Translations under genes and position numbers: made by a program
The notes under the pieces: model-generated
Seen by the model: the letters and a program-made list of their open reading frames with translations, nothing else
What the model was told of the DNA's origin: nothing
Database searches by the model: none
Assembly (NCBI RefSeq): GCF_006345805.1
Contig: NW_021832349.1
Coordinates: 1 to 32,180 of the forward strand
Source of the DNA: Octopus sinensis
Lineage: Eukaryota
Direction of reading: 5' to 3'
Length of the DNA: 32,180 nt
Shown here: positions 10,609 through 24,117 of the stretch, in pieces
How the letters are laid out: each line of letters begins with the position of its first letter
How positions within the stretch are numbered: position 1 is the first letter of the stretch

Positions 10609-13600
10609 TGTTTCTTTATTAGCCACACAGGGCTGCACACAGACAGAACAAATTACAAGGTAGAGCTTTTCTTTTGGGGGTAAATAAAAAGGGGTTGGTT
10701 TTCGATCAAAAGGGATCGTAAATGGAAAGAAAGAGGACAAAAAAGGGGAGGATTAAAAAAAAAGGGGGTGAGAGGGAAAAAAAAGAAAAGGGGAGAGGAA
10801 AAAAAAGTTGATCAATAGGGATCGTAATCACAGAAATGTCAATATGAAGTGTAAAGGGGAGGACAGGTGAGGTTTACCCGTGGAAGGAAAAGCCTACGGA
10901 AAAGACCACGGTAACCTCGGTCAATGAAGTCACATGTTATATTTCTTTTTTTTTTTGCAAATAAGCAACTCTCTGTATTAATTTTTACGGTTCATAGAAT
11001 CATAGTCATTCATACGTGCCATCCTTGCTACATTCACCCATCTTTTTTTAAAACATTCACTAGACAAAACTTGCCTCTCTACTCTCACTTTCCTCTTCAA
11101 GTGATACTTGAAGAAGTTGATGTGAGATTGACCAGAGAGGAAAGTGTTTGTCTCTAATCCTTTCAGGCGCGTCCACCAGATACATTCTTTCGCCATAGCC
11201 ACAAGTATGATAAAAATAGCTCTTCCTTCCCGTTTGAAGGAAGGAGGCGTGACGATATTAACGATAGACTCGGCTGATAAACCGACACGTCCCACACGTG
11301 ACAGCAGTTGTTCGACATAAGCCCACAGGTCGGAAACTGCTGGACACTGCACAATTGCGTGCAGAGCGCTTTCGTCGCTCTGCCCGCATCACGGGCAGGT
11401 CGGCCCCGTGTTTCTCGAGCCATGCCTATAGAGATTATCCCGAACGGGTAGCGCTTCTCGGTAGCACCGCCAGGCCAGGGATCTCTGGAAGTTGTCCATA
11501 GGTCCCGGGCCGAAAGTCGTTTGAAACAGGCGGGTCAGGTATTCCTCGTCGACGCCCAGGTTTGCCCCGAGATCGTCGTCGTACCTCCCCTCCACTAATC
11601 CCCTATAGAATGCTTTGGTTGTATTGAAGTCACTCAAGGTCGACCCGGGACGGCAGAGTTGCTTGAGAGCAACGCGACACTCGCGGTGCCATTCGCCCTT
11701 CCTCGGCCTCTTTTTGATCCACGACTGCAGTTCGGTCATGGAGACGAGCTGCTGGAACGCGTGCCTCACAAACGGCAACCACACCTGTTCACCATCGTCT
11801 ACATAGAGCCGGAGATGCCACAGTCTCAGCGCGTGTCTGCGCATCATCAACCACGGCATGCCCAGCCCTCCTTTTAACGGGTGTTGACAGCAAATGGATC
11901 CCTGACCATCGGGACGCATCCTTTCCACAAGAAGTGGAAGAGAATGCGTTCTAGTTTGGTGATGGTAGGGTCGGGACAAGGCACGACGGTCAGGCGGTAG
12001 TAGATGATGGACGCGATGTACGTTTTCGCCACCTCCGCCCGACCTTTTAGGGACAGTTTCCTCTCGGCCCATTGCCGGGCGAGAGTGACCACCCTACTCG
12101 TTATCTCGTTCGAGTTCTTCCCCATTTGGAGGTCCGGACCGAACCAGACCCCGAGCAAATCAACCGGGCCGTCTGTCCAGCGTCCCACGACGGAGGTACT
12201 GGTGGACGGCATGGGCTTGCTTCTCCAGGTTCCGAGCCGCAAGCCCACTGACTTTTCCCGGTTGATTTTTGCTCCTGTCACCGCGTCGTAGTCTTTCAGT
12301 GTCTCGCCGACCCGCTCGATGTGCTCGTGGCTTGACACTATGACGGTGACGTCGAACGCGTATGCAGACACGCTCGTCCCGCATCCCAATTCTCGCGGGA
12401 TGCCCCTTAGAGTCGCCAGCTTCCGCAGTAGTGGCTCAAGCGTCAATACGTATAGAAGCGCCGAGAGGGGGCATCCTGACGGACCGAACGTGCAATGTCG
12501 AAAGGTCTCGATAGATGTCCATTTACGCGAATTACCGAACGGATGCCTCTGTACAAGGCAGCTATCCAGCCGCGGAAGACGGGACCGAAACCAGCCGCTC
12601 TCTGGACTGCCTCCAAGTATCGATGGTCTACCCTATCGAAGGCTTTCGATTGATCCAAGTTGATCAGGGCCCCACCCATGCCAGGTTCGTTAACTACCCT
12701 GTCTATGATGTAGCGCATCAGATGGAGGTTGTCATGGATGCTCCGGCCCGGCACGGCGCACGTTTGTGCGTTGTCGACCAGTTTCTCGATGACAAGCGCC
12801 AACCTCTTGGCTAACACCTTTGTCAAAATTTTCAGGTCTGCATTGAGCAGCGTGATTGGTCTAAAGTTATCTATAATGTTCCCCTTGTTTGGATCTTTCT
12901 TCAGCAGCGTTACGGCTCCTCGACTCACAAAACCGTGTATTCTCCCGTTTTGCTGCCAGTTGCAGTATACCGCTGCCAAGACGTCTCCAAACAAGTCTGG
13001 CATACAATTGTAAAACTCGTAGGGCAGACCATCCAAACCCGGCGATTTGTCTCTCGAGCATTCTGCCATCGCGTCCCGCACATCCGCCGCCGTGATGGCA
13101 CCTTCGCAGCACTCTGTCTCTCTTGCCGAGAGTCGTGGTAGGTTGTGCAGGTACGCACTGAAGTCCACCCTGCGTTCACGCTCACCACTCGTCCCGTACA
13201 GTCGGGCAAAGTGCCGCTGAAATGTCTCGCACATCTTGCTGGGCTCGAGCAATTCGCGCCCTTGTTCATCTACCAGAGACCGAATGGTGGCTTTGTTGCC
13301 CTGCTGCGCTTCCGCCACCCGAGCCTCCCTCGCGGCTCCAACACCTTCCATCCTTAGAGCCCGCATCCTAGCCCTGACAGCACACCCGTCGTGTTTGGCG
13401 TTGAAGTGTTGGTCAAGGGCCAACCTTGCTGCCAAAACGTCGGGTGTGATGCCGCTTCTTATTGCCTCTTCTAACTTCTTAACTAACTCACCCTCTACTC
13501 TATTTCTAAGATAGATAGATAGATAGATGGATAGATAGATAAGTTTCTTTATTGGCCACACAGGGCTGCACACAGAGGGGACAAGTTACAAGGTAAAGCT

Positions 13601-15439
13601 TTTCTTTTGGGGGATGAAAAAAAGAAAAAAACAAAAGAAACAAAAAAAAGGGGTGGCGTAGGTTTTCGATCAAGAGGGATCGTAAAAGGGAAGAAAAGAA
13701 CAAAAAAATAAATAAAATAAATAATAAAAATAAAAAAAGAAGAAAAGGAAAAGGAACAAAAGAAAAGAGAAATGAAAAAAGAAAAAAGGGGAAAAAAGGG
13801 GGAAGAGGAAAAAAACGATCAATAGGGATCGTGTATCACAGTGTTATGATATATGGTGTAAAGGGGAAGGCAAGTAAGGTTTATCCGTGGGAAGAAAAGC
13901 CTACGAAAAAGACCACGGTAACCTTGGTCAATATTGTTATATGTTACCACATTTGTTTGCAAGTGGGTAAAACCACCAACAGAAGAGAATATGACCGAAG
14001 ACTGCGTGTACTCCATCCCATGCAGCTGTGATAGGTTATACAAAGGCAGAACATGCTGCCCCCTCAAAATACAGGTAGAGGAACATCGCAAAGCTGTGAC
14101 ACGGGGAGATGTAAAATCATGTATAGAAAAAAGGAGACCCCCCCCCCCCCGCTGTGGGATGAAGTTAAAATAATATTCAGAGAAGACCACTGGAAAATAC
14201 GAAAACTAAAAGAGGCAGCACATATGCTAGAATACAACAACCTCCTAAGCAGACCGAGTGCAGATATGAGCAGCATAGGGGAACCAGTATTAGGGAAAAT
14301 AGTAGATTTATAAGCCCAAGATTCTGAGTTCGATTCTAGGCAGTGACCTTAATGATAATAACAGTATTGGAAAAATCCCTTAGGAATGAGAACCCAGGTT
14401 CGAAATTCCCCCAGGACACCTCATAGAGGCTGGAGAGTACATCAGCCGAAACGTTGTGTGATAATTATTATTATTCAGTAATCTTATTTTCATCCTTTGC
14501 TTTCACTTCACTACCGAGCGCAGCTCTGTGTGCCTTGGGTATGTGCTGTGGTTTGTTGTGATGCTCTTATTTTTACTGTATGGAAAGTGTTTTACGTAGA
14601 ATGCGTGCGGTGACTGGTAGTGCTATTGTCTCTATTTTCCAATGCCTGGTGTTTTCGTTATGCGTTTGTTTGAATATTTTTTTATCATATCTAATGCGCC
14701 TACGATGAGAGGAATTGTTTGTTTCTTTTTTCTCATTATTGTTGTTGTTGTTGCTATTATTATATTAAGACAGCAGGCTGGTAGAACCATTAGGACACCG
14801 AACGAAACGCTTAGCGGGATTTCGCCCGTCGCTCTGTTCTGAGTTCAAATTATTACTATATACATATGTCTATCTATAGTACATCATCACTACCACTACC
14901 ACTCATACACACACCACTACCACCATTAAACCTTCTCTCCTCTTTCCACTACTTTCCACACACAGGTGACTGTTGGTTTATCTCCGCTGTAAACGTCTTA
15001 GTTGCCAACAACAGGAAGGTGTTTGAGAAAATTGTCCCTAGCAACCAGTCGTTCACTGAAGACTATGCAGGTGAGTATAGTGGCATGAAAGGTAAATGAG
15101 GTCATCAGAGGTCATCTAAGGTCAGTTTCTTTTCTGTTTTTTAAGTAGTCTGTTCTTCCTCATCTTCCTCATCTGCCTCCTTTTAATCATCATCGTTTTA
15201 AGGTTCTGTTTTCCATGCTTGCCTCTGACTGGCAGAATTTGTGAGCCAGATTTCCAACAGCAGGACGCCCTTCCTGTCACCAATCCTCACCTGTTGCTTT
15301 TTAAGGGGACATTTGCACTGGGGCCAGACATATGTTTGAGGAAGACTGCAAATGAAGGATTGGCTTTTATGAGAATCAAGATTGCTTACAAAAGTCACAT
15401 GATGTCAAGAGAATGTGGCACAAACACACAGAGGCATAT

Positions 15440-15529
<90 letters not shown>

Positions 15530-16485
15530 ACAATCTTACTTAGAAATGGATGCGTGCGTTCCGTCATATAATAAATTAATAAATAAAACATATGCATATA
15601 TACATACATATATGTACGCACCTACCTCTACATGTATATATACATGCATATATATATGATTGACCGCTAGCGCCAAAAGTTGTTTTTTTTTCTATTCTCT
15701 CTCCACGTGTTCCTTTTCGTTGAAGAGCGTAGGCTCGAAATGTAAAAGACTTTCCTTTATTTTCCCAGGCGTTAAACTAATACACCTGTTTGTTATTTAT
15801 AAACCTATCTTCATCCTTTGTTTTTCTGTAAATTTCATGTACATATATATATATATATCACGTGATCACGTGACCGACCAGGCTATCAGATGTAGCTACA
15901 CATCGCTGGTCACAATGCGCTTCGCATTGTTTTAGCCTTCAAATGACGCCACCCCGCTAGCTAAGCGAGCAGGCCAACAGAAGAAAGAATGAGCGAAAGT
16001 TGTGGCGAAAGAGTACTGCAGGGATCACCACCACCCCCTACTGGAGCCTTGTGGAGCTTTTAGGTGTTTTCGCTCAATAAACACTCACAACGCCTGGTCT
16101 GGGAATCGAAACCGCGATCCTACGACCGCGAGTCCGCTGCCCTAACCACTGGGCCATTGCGCCTCCATATATACATACACACATTCATACACACACATAT
16201 ATACATACACACACACATAAAACATATATTTCATTTTCCCATGTAATAAACAACATATATTGGTTTCAATAAATTTGTAAAAGGATTTTATGGGCGCAGC
16301 AGTGGCTGTGTGGTAAGTAGCTTGATAACCAACCATATGATTCTGGGTTCAGTCCCACTGCGTGGCATCTTGGGCAAGTGTCTTCTGCTATAGCCTCGGG
16401 CCGACCAATGCCTTGTGAGTGGATTTGGTAGACGGAAACTGAAAGAAGCCTGTCGTATATATGTATATATATATATGTGTGTATA

Positions 16486-16518
<33 letters not shown>

Positions 16519-16923
16519 TTGTCCCCCTAGCATTACTTGACAACCGATGCTGGTGTGTTTACCTCTCCGTCACTTAGCGGTTCGGCAATAGAGACCGATA
16601 GAATAAGTCCCGGGGTCTTTTTGCTCGACTAAAGGCGGTGCTCCAGCATGGCTGAAACAAGTAAAAGAGTAAAAGAGTACCAATTTTTAATGCTTACTTA
16701 CTTTTCAGTCGCTCTGTATAACGGGCTTCTTTCAGTTTCCGTCTGCCAAAACTACTCACAAGGCTTTGGTCGGCGCAAGACTATAGAAGAAGACACTTGC
16801 CCAAAGTACCACGCAGTGGGACTGAACCTGAAACCATGTGGTTGGGAAGCAAGCTTCTTACCACACAGCCATGCTTGAGCGTATGTGTGTGTGTGTGAAA
16901 GAGAGAGGGAGAGAGAGAGAGTG

Positions 16924-16958
<35 letters not shown>

Positions 16959-17429
16959 GTGTCCAAACACTCCACATTGTCAGAACAAGAACCGATCGTG
17001 TTTGCTGGATCGACATTGGCCAAACGTTTAAAGACAAGAGGTAGAGTCACATTAAAGAACGTAGCCCTAGATATGCCATGACATAATACAAATCTCTCGA
17101 TAAATTCTCAGATTCCCTTTCGATGCTTCTTGCCAATTTTGTGCCGTTATCCATTCTGGTCAATTGCAGGAATTTTCCGTTTCAATTTTTGGTGGTATGG
17201 AGAATGGAAAGAAGTGGTCGTCGATGACCGGCTTCCAGTTGACAAAATCACTCATAAAATACTTTATGCTCACAATAATTCAGAACCCGACGAATTTTGG
17301 GTGTGTCTCTTGGAGAAGGCCTACGCCAAGTAAGACACCTCTCTCACTCTTTCTTTCTTTTTATACCTTTATTGTTCTTATATATGTATCTATGTACGTA
17401 TGTACGGGCGCATGTATATATATTATATA

Positions 17430-17480
<51 letters not shown>

Positions 17481-17936
17481 ATATAGAGGGCATTATTATA
17501 CATACATGCCACACGCTAAGAGGGACAAAATTAGTCATTTCTACCAAAAATTTTACTAATCCCACCGAATGCAATTTTTCAAAGTAAGACATTTAAAATA
17601 TGGACTTGTATCACCTGTGATTTCATACCTCTGTATTCATCAGCAAGTCTGGACGTATCATAAATAAACAACCCTACATCGTCAAAGCCGGGCAGCCAAC
17701 TGATCAACATCAACGACGCACATGGGTTAGTTTACATATATTCCATCCGGTAAATGTCAGACTTTTACGAATTGCATTTCGGGAAAGGAAAAGTTTTTTC
17801 GGAATAAAAATTTAGCAATTAAGGACAACTTCTTAATAAGGAAAACTTAACAAGAAATTATCGGGTAGATAGCGTGAAAAACCTCATAAGAGAAAAAATT
17901 TCGAAAATAATTCTTTCTCATTGAACATATAAATTT

Positions 17937-18022
<86 letters not shown>

Positions 18023-19114
18023 TTATATATATATATATATTATATATATATATGTATATATATATATCCCCTCAACCCAAAATGCTGTCTGCGAGTGACA
18101 TGACACAAAAATTCAAAATTAAATAAAAAATAAATGGTTAGACCTCTATTACAATTTCGAATTTCGAAACCAAAAGTTGATCCATTCTCCTCGTCAGGAG
18201 AACATTCCTGTACTTAGAAATTAACACAAAAGACGTGCCTTGGAGCTTAACATGTGAGCCGACCGGCAAGAATAAAGTCAAAGTCTATCCACACACAAAT
18301 TCTGAATTCAAACATCATGCACGGTATTTATGGGAAGAGGAAAGTTAAGCGAACCTCGGCGAAAAACTGGATATGATTGAAAAATAAATAAATTCCAACA
18401 AAGGACAAACAATTTATTTTTGTCTAAATTTTGAATTTTTATGTCATGTTGCTCGGCGACAACTTTTGTGGTTGAGGAGATATAATACAAGTGGTTTATA
18501 GTGGGTTTATAGCGGTTTTGACTTCTATTTCTAGTCATGTAAAGGTTTTTATAACCCTCTCTGTTATAATTGTGATTTATTCACAATCATACACTCTTCT
18601 TATATATATATGTGTGTCTATGGCCAGCTGGAGGAGTGTGTCCTCCTGGGGCTAAAAACTACAGTAGCATCCACCCTTAGGGGTTAGCCATATTGAAATG
18701 GCAAATATACGTCACGATGTGTTACCGCTACTGTATATAACTCACTTTGATATTTATCATTGTTTGATTTCACTTTTTCAATATCAGCGACAGTGGACGC
18801 TGGAAAAAGTATAAGTATTTGTGAAGGAAATCTAATTCTCGCCGACAACTGTGATTGTCACACGCTGACGAGAGGTCAATACCTCGAAACTCGAGTCCGT
18901 GTGTATCATAAGTTGAAGACGGGAAGGATGACTTCCCTTTGCAAATACTGACAGGACACAGATAGTGTGTCTATGGCCAGCTGGAGGAGTGTGTCCTCCT
19001 GGGGCTAAAAACAACAGTAGCATCCACCCTTAGGGGTTAGCCATATTGAAATGGCAAATATACGTCACGATGTGTTACCGCTACTGTAGATAACTCACTT
19101 GATATTTATCATTG

Positions 19115-19167
<53 letters not shown>

Positions 19168-22100
19168 TTGTTTATATGTATATCTTTGTTGGTGAAGGCT
19201 TGCCGCACCTATGAGACGTTGATTGGTGGTTTCGTCACCCGTGGCCTGGTGGATATGACCGGAGGAGTATCTGAATGCTTTTTGGTTAATGCCGATGACA
19301 CCAACCCTACAGAAACATTCCAGATGATGACAAGAATGTCCACCATGCAGTCAATGTTTTCCTGTGGCATTGTAAGTATATTTTTATGTGTCTTTCTATA
19401 GTTTATGTGTGTGTGTGTGTATTTCTAATATAACAGTGTCCATATATATATATATATATATACATATCCACATATAAAATGCAACATTGGCATGTAGAAA
19501 GCACCCAGCTGTAAGACCACCTTTCTATTTATAAATGTCCTAGGAACATCAGATTGCGTTGACCTTGTTATCTTATTTTATTTGATATATATATATCTAT
19601 ATATATAAAAGTGAGGTTGTGTGTCTGGCTCCTACGATTTAGATTCCTAACTACTCCCACATATTGCGGTGCAGTTTAACCAAAACCGGGTATCTTATAG
19701 TCGTGATTCATATCGAGCCCTTCTGGGTATTAGCGCAAGTCTACGATTTAAAAAAAAATCACCATCAATTTTTCCCATTTTTAATGCATTTTTGGCATAT
19801 ATAAGGGAAGTAACTCTCTAAAAATTTATTATTAAATCGCAGAACGTAAAAGGCTACAGTAACACCCCCCTCCCTTTGTGGTTAGCCATATTGAGATGGT
19901 ATTATACTTTACATCTCTAAAAATGCTTATATAGTTATTTCCCTTACAAACCCGAGCAACGCCGGGCGATACTGCTAGTGATATATAAACTAGAGATAAA
20001 ACCACTATTATGCAACTCAAACAGTGATAGACATAAACCAAAACATAAAAAACAAATAAAATATATTTTTATAAAACATAAAACTTATAACCAGATCTCA
20101 AAAAGTATAAAAATGAATTATCAATATATAATATAATAAGTGAAAAAACTACGTACGTTTCAGGGCTATATATATATATATAGTTTATCAAATATATTCA
20201 ATGAGAATAAAGTGAACTGGATTTCTGATAAGTGCTCTTGGTATGAGAAATGTCTAAAACCTTAAACGTATTTAGGCCGATCATATATTATAACGTAAAA
20301 GCAGGAAAAATTACATTAAAAAATCACAGAAAAAAGGATGTATTTCCGTGTAGTCAGTCGAATGAAAGAGCTGCTATTTAAAATTGTATGGTAAAGATGC
20401 TGTTTAAAAAGTTACTGGTATAGATATGTATTGGTACAAACTTGGGCTAGAAATTTTGAAAAAATAATATAAATCCATGGTAAAATCGTTTGTAGAAATT
20501 CATAATGGCTGTGTATAGATAATTTCTTTTCTCTTCATAAGTGCAAAAAATAAAAGTGATTAAATTTTTGCTTTTATAGTTGAATATACAAAACTGGAAG
20601 ATATTATTATTACATTTTATGCAAATGTAAAATAGCCGTTTACTGACCCAATATAGAATGAATTAATGTGTTACATTGAAATTTTGACAAATTAAATTTA
20701 ACTGTTGAAGTGAATCTAACGGTTTTTGTGTGTTTTTAAATGGCTTATTAACACCCTCCATGCTGCAATTGTTTTCGTTCAAGCACACGATCTCAGATCG
20801 GGTCACTTGCTATGCATGTACATCTCCATAATATATTTAGATTATTATATTTAAAATCAGTTTGTTGTACATTAGAGGTGTACGGGTTCAAATTTCAGGA
20901 AAACCTTTCTGGCATTCATCCAATGAATAATTTATATTACGTGAACATCTGTATAGTCTAAAATAATTCAATTTTAAGTTTCTATTTTCTTACTTGCAAC
21001 AATCCTACTATTTTTTATCTGAATCTTATCTTGATGATCTCTTATAGTGTTTAAAAGTTGTATAAAACCTATGTCTACATGTGGATAATGCTTCCGATTG
21101 GCAAGTGATTCAATTATTTTCTTTATATAATAATATGTATAGCGATTGTTTTGTACAAAGACGGCAGATAGAAGATATTTGTGTACATGGTGTAGCTGAG
21201 TCAATAATTGACCAGGATAATTTATAGTTAACGTTTTTTTTTTTTGTCAGTTTATGTATATATGTAGCCAATGAAGTAGTGTTATTCGTTATATTCGGTT
21301 TAAATGAATGTACATGTGTTAAAAATCCTTGTTTTAAGTTAATAGAGCTCCCTATATATATATATTTTACTGTGCGAGTTAGCAGTTTTTTGTAACAGTA
21401 CACTTATATATAACATTGAACCTTCTACATTTGCCTTCTAAAGGACATGATTTTTTTGATTTTTACATGTGCAATATTTAGTTTCTGTTCCGTAGGATAA
21501 GATTTAATACTGTTATGATTATTTGTTATGGTGATGGTGTTATGTTTGAATTTGTTGTGGAATCACTTATAATAGAATTTGGTAAATTTACTGTTTCTAT
21601 ATTACCATTGTTATTAGATTATCAAAAGTGCTGTCACATCCAATTGTTTGCATATTTTGGGATATATAATTATTAGAATTTTGCTGAGATTTTGTTAATG
21701 TTATAGTCAGTGGCGGACCGGGTCTAAAACTATTGGTTACCAGGAGACTAAGGGGCCCCACCCGTAACTCCAAGAGGACCCACCCGCAACTACAATGCAC
21801 TCATTTAATTTTTTTTAAAGCATTCTTTTCAACTATCTACAAACACAACCAGGCTGAAATAATTAATGCGTTTTTCTAGGACTGAATAAAACGTTCTCAT
21901 ACTTGAGAAGATGGGCTCCTTAGATGCTAACAGGGGCCCCATATATTGATTCTAATGGCTTCTCATGTTTTCCGTTACTCCATACATCCAGGAACGTGGT
22001 ATCATATCGCATGTTTTACGATAGTTAACCCATGCCATGCTCAGGTTTGTGTGTTTTCTCTAACAGTTTCTGATGATTAGGTTATCGATTACGAGCTGAT

Positions 22101-22281
22101 CCTTCGTTCCCCAGTTCCCTTTTCGGCACCCTTTCTGTTCCATAGGCAGCCGCCTACTTTTTCTAAATAATATACAGCTCACCGGCCAAAACACTTGACG
22201 TCTCTTTTTTAGTGCTCCTGTGCTACCACTATAGTGCTCTCGGTCTGTTTTCCCATTATTATTATTAGTAGTAGTATTAGA

Positions 22282-22318
<37 letters not shown>

Positions 22319-24084
22319 TATTATTATTATTATTATTATTATCATCATCATCATCATCATCGTTATTATTATCATTATTGAGTGAGAGAGCAGCACATGA
22401 CATCAGAATGACACCTTGGTACAAATATACAAAGCCCAATATACCCATCGTGACTACACGTCTGATAAGAGTACACCAGGCACATCCATCACAACAACAT
22501 GTGCACGACATAGTGATCTCATATCGAGAGAAACAGCACTTGACCTTGCAGATGGGGCCCAGTTAAAATTCTATTCAGATTGAGTAGCCCTTCCCATTCA
22601 AAAGTTCCCTGAACAAGGTTTGTTTAAGGATGTTGAACGAAACACCCATGTTTACAAAGGTGAATCATTCAAACCCCAAAGAATCCCTCTCAACACACGG
22701 CTATGATGCTCCTCCACTACTTCTGCTCATGATCAGAGATGCACATATCGTCAGCCACTAAGGGACATGCTCAACTGGTCTAAGGTCAAACAACTGACAA
22801 GCAAATCTGTGGTATTGAGCAGAATATTTGCTGTGGCCCATCTTTTATACCAAGACAAAACAATGTACGTGATAACACTTCCATTATTATTGTTGTTGTT
22901 GTTGTTGTTGTTGTTGTGTTGTTGTTGTTGTTGTTGTTGCTGCTGCTGTTGTTGTTGTTGTTGTTGCTGCTGTTGTTGTTGCTGGTGGTAGTGTTGTTAC
23001 TTTGCTTCCTTTATTTATCTCCCTTAGGTTGATAAGGATTATGAAACGGAAGGCAAGACAAGTGCGGGTCTTTTTGCATTTCATGCTTATGGTATAATAA
23101 AACTTATGAAGGTAAGTTGTTAATCTTCTCACCTTTTCGCACCTTTCCTTTATCAATTTTAATCAGCAAACCACAAAACAAAACCAACAGAAGCAGAGCA
23201 TGCGGCCCTTAATGCTAAACCCAGTTTCTCAAAATGGCTTCTCAAGGATCGTCGTTTTATTTCCAACTTTTATCAATGGCCTTTTCTTTCGTCTTTTATT
23301 TGTGTCAGTCACTGGAGGGCGGTCATGCTACAGCACCACGGGAAGAGTTTCTAGTTGAATGAATTGACCTCCAACCACAAAGACACACACACACACACAC
23401 ATGTATGTATGTATGTATGTATGCATGTGTGCATGTATGTATGTATGTATGTATGTATGTATGTATGTATGTATGTATGTATGTATGTATGTATGCATGT
23501 GTGCATGTATGTATGTATGTATGTATGTATGCATGTATGTATGTATGTATGTATGTATGTATGCAATGTATGTATGTATGTATGTGTGTATGTATGGTAT
23601 GTATTGTATGTATGTATGATGTATGTATGTATGTATGTTGTATGCATGTATGTATGTATGTATGTATGCATGTGTGCATGTATGTATGTATGTATGTATG
23701 TATGTATGTATGTATGTATGTATGTATGTATGTATGTATGTATGTATGTATGTATGCATGTGTGCATGTATGTATGTATGTATGTATGTATGTGTATGTA
23801 TGTATGTATGTATGTATGTATGTATGTATGCATGTATGTATGTATGTATGTATATGTGTGTGTATGTATGTATGTATGTATGTATGTATGTATGTATGTA
23901 TGTATGCATGTATGTATGTATGTATGTATGTGTGTATGTGTGCATGTTGATGTATGTATGTATGTGTGTGGTATGTGTGTATGTATGTATGTATGTATGT
24001 ATGTATGTATGTATGTATGTATGTATATATGTATGTATGTATGTATTGTATGTATATATGTATGTAGTATGTATGTATGTATTG

Positions 24085-24117
<33 letters not shown>

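Noticed and set aside
10609-13509. Active retrotransposon
   Set aside because: 5'-truncated with no endonuclease, YADD changed to YAFD, two frameshifts and an in-frame TGA in the CCHC knuckle.
17550-17800. Weak inverted similarity (CCCACCGAATGCAATT versus AATTGCATTTCGGG)
   Set aside because: Short, AT-rich and imperfect; may be chance or a very old MITE.
19088-19095. Upstream AG as alternative exon 5 acceptor
   Set aside because: tag|A TAA gives an immediate stop after Lys.
21708-21945. CAGTGGCGGACC..GGGGCCC segment resembling a DNA-transposon left end
   Set aside because: No matching right TIR or TSD found; too short to call.
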